DNA from: a virus
IMG/VR virus record: IMGVR_UViG_3300020462_000004
Coordinates: 3,393-67,392 of that record
Direction: 5' to 3' (one strand)
Length of the DNA: 64,000 nt
The notes under the pieces are model-generated. The model worked only from the letters and a program-made list of their open reading frames with translations, was not told the origin of the DNA and made no database searches. Below, piece after piece: positions 1-9,000 of the stretch (within the stretch, counting starts at the first letter, position 1; each line of letters opens with the position of its first letter). Position numbers and translations under genes: made by a program.

Positions 1-1
1 T

Positions 2-961
2 TTTTTTGAAAGCTGCATGTCTTTTTCTAGCTGCATCTCTCATAGATTTTTTATTTTCAGATTTCGTTTGACTTATGGATTTTCCTGATAGTTTTCTATT
101 TACAGCTGATGCTTGAGCCCTAGCCCTAGCACTATTATTTGTTGCTACAGCTTTACCATCAGAATTGATGGAAACATTTGGATTTCTTTTAGCTATTGAT
201 TGAGCTTCTTTAAAATTACTAGCGGCTCTAAAGGCTGCTGCTTCTGTGGCTTTATAATTTGATGGTAAATTCGACATTCCACTTGCCGTATCTCTAAATT
301 TTTCAGCTGCACGGAAGGCTGCTGCTTCTGTAGCTTTATAATCTGAGGGTAAATTTCCTATTCCTCTTACTGCACTTCCAAAATCTATCTTGCCATCTAA
401 AACATCTGCTGCTGCTGGTTGTGTACCTGTTGCTGCATCAAATATAGAACCTGCAATTCTTTGGAGAATATTACCTTTTTCTTCTTTAGGTTTTGCTCGA
501 TTAAGTAAACTGCCTTCTTTATATTTAATAGAGTCATCATTAAAACTATCATTTAAAATTCTTCTTCCTGTTCCTCCCATGTTTTTCCATGTTCTTGAAT
601 CTGTATCAAACCCATAAAATTTATTTAAGTAACCATCAAATTTTTCTTTACGTTCAAGATCCGCACTAGCTACTTTTACTTCACCAACTGAAAGGCTTGC
701 TCTAGGTAAACCCATTGATTCTCTTAAATATCTAGTCTCACTTGGACGCATTTTATATGTTTCGGGATTCTTTAACATTTTGTCTGCTTGTTCAGGACTT
801 ACATAACCTCTACGTGAACCTGCATCAATATAGCCTCCATAACCACCAGAGGATAAGGAGGATGCTATTTGATCATCAGAATTATCTTTTTCACCAGCAA
901 ATCTACCTGATATTTGCTCATCAAAATTATCTCCAAAATTAAAAAATCCTTGACTAGACAC
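2..961 (-). CDS. Hypothetical protein, 3'-truncated by the window edge, with an internal 28-aa duplication
   Basis: Read manually: GTG at 959-961 (MSSQGFFNFGDNFDEQ...), open to the window start; NLPS(D/N)YKATEAAAFRAA occurs twice, 84 nt apart (~231 and ~315). Absent from the ORF track because it has no stop in the window. Confidence 0.75.
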   Translation of the reverse strand, partial: MSSQGFFNFGDNFDEQISGRFAGEKDNSDDQIASSLSSGGYGGYIDAGSRRGYVSPEQADKMLKNPETYKMRPSETRYLRESMGLPRASLSVGEVKVASADLERKEKFDGYLNKFYGFDTDSRTWKNMGGTGRRILNDSFNDDSIKYKEGSLLNRAKPKEEKGNILQRIAGSIFDAATGTQPAAADVLDGKIDFGSAVRGIGNLPSDYKATEAAAFRAAEKFRDTASGMSNLPSNYKATEAAAFRAASNFKEAQSIAKRNPNVSINSDGKAVATNNSARARAQASAVNRKLSGKSISQTKSENKKSMRDAARKRHAAFKK

Positions 962-1003
962 AACCTGTAATTAAATTTACTATTAGATCTATTCTATCTT
1001 TAC

Positions 1004-1198
1004 CTAACAATCAAACACTCTGAGGTCTTTTCTATATTCATTCAATCCTCTCTCATAACATAATAATTTAAATTCAGATATAGTTGTCTCATAAGGTATC
1101 AACCTCTCTTCTTTTAAAGTCACTAAAATATCTTTCAACTGCAGGAATTCTCCAGGGTCAGTTATCTGTGGGAAAGATGGAGTGATCACAACTTTCAT
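1004..1198 (-). CDS. Hypothetical protein
   Basis: ORF track; co-oriented with neighbours. Confidence 0.6.
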   Translation of the reverse strand: MKVVITPSFPQITDPGEFLQLKDILVTLKEERLIPYETTISEFKLLCYERGLNEYRKDLRVFDC

Positions 1199-1230
1199 AC
1201 GAAAGTTTATAAAGTTAATTTTATTTTAAC

Positions 1231-1482
1231 TTAATCCTCATTCTCAAACCAAGCAAACTTTTTGACATCTTTTTCATTCGCACTTGCACATGCTTGAATT
1301 AATTTAAGTTTTTTTTCTGCTGCTAATGCTCTTGAACTCCAGTGTTGTAGATGCTTGTTTTTACCATCTAATTGAGTCTCTAAAGCTATTTGAAATATTT
1401 GTGATGGACTTATTTTTAAATCTGACTGTTTCCATTTAGCATTTAAGTCATCAGGAACGGAAACACTTACAACTACTGCCAT
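1231..1482 (-). CDS. Putative ribbon-helix-helix DNA-binding protein
   Basis: N-terminal alternating beta strand VVVSVSVPDDL followed by two helices (ISPSQIFQIAL), the RHH pattern. Confidence 0.5.
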   Translation of the reverse strand: MAVVVSVSVPDDLNAKWKQSDLKISPSQIFQIALETQLDGKNKHLQHWSSRALAAEKKLKLIQACASANEKDVKKFAWFENED

Positions 1483-1524
1483 CTGATTTAATATATTCTA
1501 TAAGTCAAGATAGCATAAAAATTA

Positions 1525-1722
1525 TTAATCACCAGTAGTAAGTCCGATTTTTACTTCCTCTGACATAATTACTGGTATTGGTTCACTAACAGTCAAAGAT
1601 GTTGTAGCTCTAATACTGTTAGCAAAGTTTTCAGCATCGTCTATAGATTCGAACTGTGGAGCATGAGCACCAATTGTTTGGTTATGAACAAAAACGACAT
1701 AAGAAGTTATTGGAAATTGCAT
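1525..1722 (-). CDS. Hypothetical protein
   Basis: ORF track. Confidence 0.6.
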   Translation of the reverse strand: MQFPITSYVVFVHNQTIGAHAPQFESIDDAENFANSIRATTSLTVSEPIPVIMSEEVKIGLTTGD

Positions 1723-2093
1723 TAAGTTGTATATCTTTCTTATGAAAAGATAGCGAATCCTATAGGAATTTCAACTTATATAGAAAGGTCCTGACTTATA
1801 AAATAAATCTGGTTGTAAAGCCACAGTTTTATCTGCTTCTTGGTAGTCTGTAACTTTTATTACTTGACTTAATTGTGATCCTTTAGCTTTTGATAATATC
1901 GCCCAAGCTAGTTTGTTGTTTGCTGTTTGTTTTGTGTCTTCCATTGTTTATTTTTTTACCTGCGTATTTTATTATGAAGTGAATATACTTGTATCGCACA
2001 AGTATTTGCACATGAAAAAACCATTGCTATGACAAAGGTCTGGAACTTAATCGTAGCAATGGTAAGGGTTCTTGAAAAGGTCTGTTATAAAAT

Positions 2094-2249
2094 TTAATAT
2101 TCTTCTAATAATCCAGCTATCGGAGGGATACTTGGCATTTCTGGTGGAGCAATAAGATCGTCATCATAGAGAGGAGATCCAAAATTATATTCATATTCAA
2201 AGTCCTGACCAGAGTTGCAATCTCTGTATTCAATTTTGATTCTTGGCAT
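2094..2249 (-). CDS. Small acidic hypothetical protein (51 aa)
   Basis: Manual translation MPRIKIEYRDCNSGQDFEYEYNFGSPLYDDDLIAPPEMPSIPPIAGLLEEY. Confidence 0.5.
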   Translation of the reverse strand: MPRIKIEYRDCNSGQDFEYEYNFGSPLYDDDLIAPPEMPSIPPIAGLLEEY

Positions 2250-2272
2250 TTTTAAAAAGGTAAAGTGCCTTC

Positions 2273-2548
2273 CTATGATACATCAAAAGAGTTAGTTTCG
2301 AAACCAGGTGCTAATTCTGGGGGTGCATTTGGAGGTAAGAAATGTGATCTTATTCCATTAAATAGTTCAATTGTCTGATCAAGACTTAATTCCTGTTCCC
2401 CATGAATATTTTCAATGAATAATGGATCTTCTCTTAATCCATCTATTGTGGAGAGAACACCATCTAATTTTTTTAAAATACTTGCGTGATGTTTTTTTAA
2501 ATCAGTCTTTTCTTTTAGTTTCATAATAAAGAATGTATGTATATTCAT
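2273..2548 (-). CDS. Hypothetical protein
   Basis: ORF track. Confidence 0.6.
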   Translation of the reverse strand: MNIHTFFIMKLKEKTDLKKHHASILKKLDGVLSTIDGLREDPLFIENIHGEQELSLDQTIELFNGIRSHFLPPNAPPELAPGFETNSFDVS

Positions 2549-2606
2549 ACTAAAGGTATTTATTATATTAAAACACTTTTTTAAATTTTGTCTTTATTCT
2601 CTTGTC

Positions 2607-4004
2607 TTAATCATAAAAACCAACAGTTTTTACAGAACCACGTTTACCTTGTACATCTCCAATATTAACTTCTCCTGCAGCATTATCTCTTTTGTTTTGT
2701 TCTCGCTTATTTATTTGACTTATAGACTTTCTTTCTTCTCTTTTCATGCGATTGCTTTCTGCTTTTCTCGCTGCTTTATCAAGTAGCGTTTCTTGTGCCC
2801 TGAGTAAAGCTTGATTATAGCCATCATTTCTGTATGGATTTTCACCTGGTTCGAAAGTTTTGTATGGATCATTGTTAGTATTTTTACTTCCACCAGTTGT
2901 TTCACCAGTAGTCCCTCCATTTCCGCCATTTACTGGGGTTGTCCCTTCATTTACTGGAGTTGACCCATCATTTCCTGGCTTTGTAGTATTATCATCTGGA
3001 AGTTTCCCACCATTTCCATCATTTATTGGAGTTGTATCGTCATCTTTTTTACCTCCAGGAGGATTGTTAGGATTCTCTATAGGTAATTCAATACTACCAT
3101 TTTCATTTGTTTTCTTGATTGCAACGTCTTGCCTACCTTCACTAGCTCCATAATTTATAAAATGTTGACGAGCTGCTTCTTCATCATCACCAAAAGCATC
3201 CTGAAGATCTACGTAATTTTCTAAATATGTTTTAGCATCAAAGGATTGTACGGATTCATCAGGAGCTTTTACACCTCCTTGTGGTGATCTACCTTCTTTT
3301 ATTCCATGTTGTATGTAATGTTGTAAACCTGCCTGCCTATCATCTCCAAAAGCATCTTGTAGGTCTTTATATTGAGATAAATACTCTTCTACATTAATTT
3401 TATTTTTTGTATCTGTCCGTCCTTCTTTAACACCAAATTCTTTGTAGTGTTGTTTTGCTGCCTCTACATCATCACCAAAAGCCTCTTGAAGATCTTTGTA
3501 GTTTGATAAATATTGTTGAGCATCAAATGTAGCTCCTTCTTTACCAGCTAAAAAATCTGACCTTCTTTGTGCTGCTTCTGCCATTTGTTTTGCTTTTGCA
3601 GCCCTGTCCCCTGGAGTTGCTTCAACTATTTGTTGAACTAATGATTGTCGTTGATCTTCAGTTGCATCAGGTCCTAAATCTCGTAATTGATCTTGAAGTC
3701 CTCTCCTTGTTTCTGCTTGAGTTGCTACTCTCTCCTTAAATTCATCAGTAATGGCATCAGTTCTACCCTCTTCTTTACCATATTGACCATAGTGTTGTAA
3801 TGCTGCACCTTTGTCATCACCAAAAGCTTTTTGAAGGTCTGTATAATTTGCTAGGTATTGTTTAGCATTTATATCACTTCTACCCTCTTCTATTCCAAAT
3901 TCTTTATAGTGCTGTTTAGCTTTATCCTCATCAGTACCAAAAGCTTTTTGAAGATCTGCATAATTTGCTAGATATTGTTTAGCGTTAAAGTTTTCCAACT
4001 CCAT
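2607..4004 (-). CDS. Repeat protein with five YLxxYxDLxxAFGxD...HYxxxGxxEGR modules
   Basis: Five ~39-aa repeats visible in the translation, then a low-complexity Gly/Asn/Thr/Pro linker. Confidence 0.85.
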   Translation of the reverse strand: MELENFNAKQYLANYADLQKAFGTDEDKAKQHYKEFGIEEGRSDINAKQYLANYTDLQKAFGDDKGAALQHYGQYGKEEGRTDAITDEFKERVATQAETRRGLQDQLRDLGPDATEDQRQSLVQQIVEATPGDRAAKAKQMAEAAQRRSDFLAGKEGATFDAQQYLSNYKDLQEAFGDDVEAAKQHYKEFGVKEGRTDTKNKINVEEYLSQYKDLQDAFGDDRQAGLQHYIQHGIKEGRSPQGGVKAPDESVQSFDAKTYLENYVDLQDAFGDDEEAARQHFINYGASEGRQDVAIKKTNENGSIELPIENPNNPPGGKKDDDTTPINDGNGGKLPDDNTTKPGNDGSTPVNEGTTPVNGGNGGTTGETTGGSKNTNNDPYKTFEPGENPYRNDGYNQALLRAQETLLDKAARKAESNRMKREERKSISQINKREQNKRDNAAGEVNIGDVQGKRGSVKTVGFYD

Positions 4005-4031
4005 TTTAAAAATTCAAACTTTTTTATTATT

Positions 4032-4226
4032 CTAATCCTTATTCTCCTCGACTTTAAATACCAGTAACTCTTCTCCAGGTTTTACATCTTTTAGTTCTGG
4101 ATGGATGTTTCTGACTTTATCGTAGTCTCTTAGAGTTATGGTCATCATCCTCCACATAAAAGCAAAGGTAGCCCCGAAGACTACTCCAAAGCAGAGGAAA
4201 TATATAAGGACTGTTATCTCGTTCAT
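4032..4226 (-). CDS. Small membrane protein, DUF2973-like (picocyanobacteria/cyanophage)
   Basis: One TM helix followed by the HPELxD...GEELLV motif. Confidence 0.65.
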   Translation of the reverse strand: MNEITVLIYFLCFGVVFGATFAFMWRMMTITLRDYDKVRNIHPELKDVKPGEELLVFKVEENKD

Positions 4227-4335
4227 TTGGTTTTTCGCACGTAATTATATTTTAACTTGGCTTATGGCTTTAAATTCTAAATATAACTTTATTAGTCGGA
4301 TAAAGTTAATTATGTACACCACAAAGGAACACACA

Positions 4336-4521
4336 ATGTCCACCAATACATACTCTGTAGAAGCAGAGATCACAAGAAACGTAGTAGTTGAGGTCGAAGC
4401 TACTAGTCAAGAAGAAGCAGAAGAGCTAGTTGGAAATGATCCAGACGCTCATAAGCTCATAAAAGATGATTGGGATGTAACCATAGGTTCCACTACTTGG
4501 ACAGAAGTAGAAGCATTATGA
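4336..4521 (+). CDS. Small acidic hypothetical protein
   Basis: Likely start at 4336 after the leader AAAGGAACACACA; VEVEATSQEEAEELV pattern common in phage small proteins. Confidence 0.6.
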   Translation: MSTNTYSVEAEITRNVVVEVEATSQEEAEELVGNDPDAHKLIKDDWDVTIGSTTWTEVEAL

Positions 4522-4709
4522 CTAGATTTAAATCATCAGCAAGGCAAGCCGTAGGGCTTGTCTTTTCTCATAATGAATATGGATTAGTTCATGAATCAGT
4601 TAAAGCTACAATCAAAAGTTTTAAAGATAATCCAGAAGTTGCATATGAATTTCAATTAATATTGGAATCTATGGAGAAACAGGCAGAATGTATTGTAGAT
4701 ATTTATTGA
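4518..4709 (+). CDS. Hypothetical protein
   Basis: ATGA overlap with the previous gene. Confidence 0.55.
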   Translation: MTRFKSSARQAVGLVFSHNEYGLVHESVKATIKSFKDNPEVAYEFQLILESMEKQAECIVDIY

Positions 4710-4853
4710 AAAACGAAAGTAAAACAGCCTAAACGAAAGTAAATTAGTGGGGATTATAAATTTTCATAAGGATGAGAATCCCTACTACACCTAGAGTTAT
4801 AAGCAATCCAATAAGTAATACCATTTTTTTAATAAGTTTTTTAATTATAGGAG

Positions 4854-5132
4854 TTATACCCCCTCCCAAATTTTAAATTTTTCTTCTTTTTCTTTATTTA
4901 AATAAGTTCTACCTTCTAAATCTTCAATAAGTTCTAATAATACTTTTCTGTAGTATTCTTTTTTCTTCTCTTTAGAATGTTTTCCAAGATCTTGTTTATC
5001 TTCTTCAATTCTTTCATAGGTGGTGAATTTAAAACCACACTCGCAGGTTCGAATCCTCCTTTGAGCATGGATATATTCTATAAATCTTGTAGCACTTGCC
5101 TTAGCTTTCTTATTACATTTAGGACATTTCAC
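4854..5132 (-). CDS. NrdR-like zinc-ribbon protein lacking the ATP-cone
   Basis: MKCPKC...RRIRTCECGFKFTTYE matches the NrdR N-terminal Zn ribbon (MxCPxC...RRRxCxxCxxRFTTYE). Confidence 0.7.
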   Translation of the reverse strand: MKCPKCNKKAKASATRFIEYIHAQRRIRTCECGFKFTTYERIEEDKQDLGKHSKEKKKEYYRKVLLELIEDLEGRTYLNKEKEEKFKIWEGV

Positions 5133-5377
5133 TATATAACCTCATGTTCAATTCTATGTCCTTGTATTTCAGTCAAACGTGATTGATTATCCCACAGTAC
5201 TTGATAATGAGTCACGCTTGCTCCAACACTATTCTTTTTGACATAAATTCCTTTAACCACACCTTTTCTAGTTTCGATTAATCTTTGTTGTCCGTTTCTA
5301 TTTATATATCCACCATGAATACGATAAGAGTTTCTTTCTTTTACTCTGTCATTAACTTTGTACTTAAATGTTGTCAT
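5132..5377 (-). CDS. Hypothetical protein (SH3-like small beta barrel)
   Basis: YKVNDRV...GVV...YQVLWD pattern. Confidence 0.55.
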   Translation of the reverse strand: MTTFKYKVNDRVKERNSYRIHGGYINRNGQQRLIETRKGVVKGIYVKKNSVGASVTHYQVLWDNQSRLTEIQGHRIEHEVI

Positions 5378-5600
5378 AATTAAAAGGTGTATAGGTTTAT
5401 AGTGGTTTGGGGTCTTACGAGATCACACTTAATGGCAGCCATGATAGGGACTCTTAGACCTTTGGTGCTACTACCATTCCTCGATGAGAACCTGTTATCG
5501 TGAATAGATAAAAGTTACCTTAACCGCATAGACCGAGCAGTTACAATTATCTAATCAAGGCAGTATGAGAAAAGTACCATGAACTTCTCTGCCCCAGGAT

Positions 5601-6065
5601 TTAGAAAGGAATCTCTCCCTCTGGCAATTCATTATCAAGTGCGTCAAGGTCACTATGTTTAACTTTCTTTTTAGCTTCAGAGAAATTCTTAAATAGATGA
5701 TTGTCGTAAGCATCGTCCCAGCTTCCTACTTGATCAATGGTAGTTAACATCCCAACCATCTTAACCATGCCTCCTGTAGCCTTACCCTGCTCCTTGAGAT
5801 TCTCCTCACCTCTTGCATCTAATCTATCTTGCTCTAAGCAACTCATTACTTTGGAGAAGATAAAGGCACGATCGTTAGGTGCAATAGAATCTGTAAGAAC
5901 TTTTCTACCTTCTCTCACATAATCTCTAGCCTGTTGAGGACTTACACTATATTTCTTTGCAAGTTTCTTTACTATAACCATAGATCTTTCGCCTTTGGCT
6001 AATTGGTCAGCAGCATAATTAATACGCTGTTCTTTTTCTTCATTAGTTGATCTAAAGTTTGTCAT
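5601..6065 (-). CDS. Putative HTH DNA-binding protein with an acidic ...EIPF tail
   Basis: LAKKYSVSPQQARDYV helix-turn-helix; C-terminus DNELPEGEIPF. Confidence 0.55.
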   Translation of the reverse strand: MTNFRSTNEEKEQRINYAADQLAKGERSMVIVKKLAKKYSVSPQQARDYVREGRKVLTDSIAPNDRAFIFSKVMSCLEQDRLDARGEENLKEQGKATGGMVKMVGMLTTIDQVGSWDDAYDNHLFKNFSEAKKKVKHSDLDALDNELPEGEIPF

Positions 6066-6069
6066 TGGA

Positions 6070-9000
6070 TTAAATAAGTTTTAGTTGTACAAATTTACCA
6101 TAATTTTCTATAAATAATTTGGATTTTTTATTAAGAGAATCTTCAAGATTTTTTATTTCTTGTAAGTCTGAATCACAAATTTCCTGTAATCTTTTAGTTT
6201 CTTCTTTTGATTTTTGAAGGTGTTTCTCTGTAGCTTTCAAAAGATTTTTATTTACACATAAATTAGCGTGTAGCCTTTTAATTTCTCTCCAGTCTTCAAG
6301 AGCTTGTTTGTCAGTTTTTGTTGCTGTAATTGTGGTCATGATGCTTGTTGTGTTGGTAAAGGACAGTAACCATCATCGCATTTTTCGAATAGGTCTTTTG
6401 GTTTTGAATCTTCAAATTTATTTTTAGCTTCCTCTGTTGAAATAATTTCACATCGGATTATCTTTACTTCATCTCCATGTTTAGGAAACAAAGTAGTTAA
6501 GGCTGATCTTGCACCATAGCAAGCACCTTCAACATCTTTATAGACTCCATGTATTTCTTCAACTCTTTCTCCAGAGCTAAAAATAACTACATATGAAAAT
6601 TCTTTTTTTGTCATGGTGTTTCGGGAGTAAAAGTCCAATGAGTGTGTTTCATTGCTAGAAACTGTGTAGCTTCTGTAAATTGAATGATAGACCAACCTAC
6701 ATCTTTTCTGTATACCATAATCTTTCCATGAGGATCGACATCAGATTGTGTTGGTAACGAGTCTTCAGTTAACTTAAAAACATTTTCTGGTAGTACAGGT
6801 CTTAGTTTCATTTTATTTTTTTGGTACATAAGGTTGTGCAAAATTGATTTGATTATCTAAAAATTTATTAATTATTAGAAAATTTTTCTGGACTTCAAGT
6901 CTCTCAATAATTGCTTCTTGAAAGTCTTCTTGGGAATCATAATCCCCTGGGGTCAGGGCAGTTGCAGAGATTAGCTTCTTTGCATCTACTAATAGTTTTC
7001 TAGCTTGCCAAAGGTTAGCAGTTAAATCTGTAACATCTTTTGGAGCTGTTGCATTGTAATTAGGTGCTGTCATTGTAATAACTTCTGTGGTGGAGGCGGA
7101 GAGGATCGGATACTGATGTATTAATTGAGAACATTCTTCATTAGTAAAATTAAAAACTTGAGTAAGATGTACAACTAAATCGTCATAAGTCCATTTAATT
7201 AGATCAGAAAATACATGACGAATAATTTTAATTTGTTCTTGTTCTGATAAATCATCTGTTAGTAAACTCCTTAAAAGTTTCTCGTCTAGCCTGTCTGATT
7301 CTGTCTGCTTGTAACTCGTCAAGTTCTTGATTGGTAAACTCATATTCATTAAAGAGCCAATCATCAAATTTGCAAGTCCATTGCTGTGGAGTGTTACAAG
7401 ATTGATACTGTCTTTGAGTATTAACATAATCAGCAAAAATTGGTTTCAGTTCACTAAGTAAACCTTGCTTTTTTTTAACCTTTGCGATAAGTCCTGGACC
7501 ACCTTTTAATTTGGCTAACTCTCTAGCTGTTAACCACTTCTTATGGTGGATATTATTTTTTGAGTAGATGTCGTATAGCTCTATAGCTATGTCTAAGTAT
7601 TCTGATTGAAGCATTAGTTGTCCTCCACTTTTTCTCGGTTGTCATAGTTGTCAATAGCTCTAAGAATTTCTTCATCAGTTCTATCTGGAAACATACGTTT
7701 CATTCTTTCGAATACAGTTTCGTGTTGGTATTCTTTCATAATACGTTTTCTTTCTAAACGTGTAATGATTTCATTAATGTTGTCCATATTAATATAAATA
7801 CAAGTAATCATAATTTTCTGGAGAATCAAGACAATATCCAGCCCATAACCATAGAACCCTACATCTGTTCTCGTAATGGTCTTTTAATTGCTCATCATCC
7901 CAATTTCCAAATCCGTCAAGATACTCTTTAAATTGATCTACAGGTCCATCAAAATTAAGTTTCTCAACCCAAAATTTAACGGTGTCGTATTGATCACCTG
8001 ATGCACTACACTCTGCTATACATTCTTGTGGTAGTGTTCTTGTTGATTCTCTACGGCTTTCATCAAACCAAATAATTTGTTTTGTCATTAGAATAACTCC
8101 TTAATTTGTGTAGTAATAGTTTGATTTAAAATTTTAATTTCTTTAGACATCTGACGATAACCAGTACCAACATAGATTTGTCCTATAACTACAGCGATAG
8201 TTGCTGTAGCCCAGAAAATATAATATGGAGTGGACTTGACTTGATGTTTAAGGTTAGAAAATTTAGTCATTTTATTCACTTTTTTTAGATAGGATTAATG
8301 ATTGCAAAATTCTCCCTCCTTACAATTACTTTCTTCTGATTCTTTTATTAATGATTTAATTTTTTCAATTGCATCATAATAACTGTGTCCTTCTAAAATA
8401 TATTCATCTCCATAGAGAAGAATAAATACTTCATGGATAAAAGCTTCTTTCATTAGTTTTCCTCCTCATCATTTACTATGTGAAACACAGGTCTGTAAAT
8501 TTCTAAGAATTCTTTATCTTCCATGAGAGCCATAATGATATATCGAGATACCATTTTGCTATTTTTATTTTCACTATGTTGCATATTTACAAATGTGTCT
8601 AGAAGTTTTTTATCTCCTTCTTTAATACGTTTTATCTCTTCGTGGAATCTTATTCTTGTTGATTGTATAGTCAAAGACTTACAGTCTTCATGATCCCCAC
8701 GATCGTGACAAGTAGCAGCTTCATCAAGTAAAGCATTAACCAGTTTAGATCTTTGTTCTTCGTTCATGAGTTTACCTCCTCTTTTACTTCTTCATTAAAA
8801 AGTTTAGAAAAATTATATTTTCTATCTAAATACAGATGATAATTTCTGATGGTTCTTGTCATACCTCCATTAGATTTTATTTTTTTTAAAAGACCAGAAC
8901 CTTTTTTATATTCCTCTATTTGTTTTTGTGTAGGGAATGAAAAAAGATTTAATTTGTTCTCTCTTAAAAAATTTAAAATATCCTCGTAAAGTTGATCTCC

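Noticed and set aside
2021-2062. Inverted repeat CCATTGCTA...TAGCAATGG
   Set aside because: Real but short, with no linked recombinase or clear further copies; function cannot be supported.
5043-5059. GGTTCGAATCC resembling a tRNA T-loop or attP remnant
   Set aside because: T-stem is imperfect, no D-arm, anticodon arm or acceptor stem can be built, and it lies antisense within the NrdR-like CDS.
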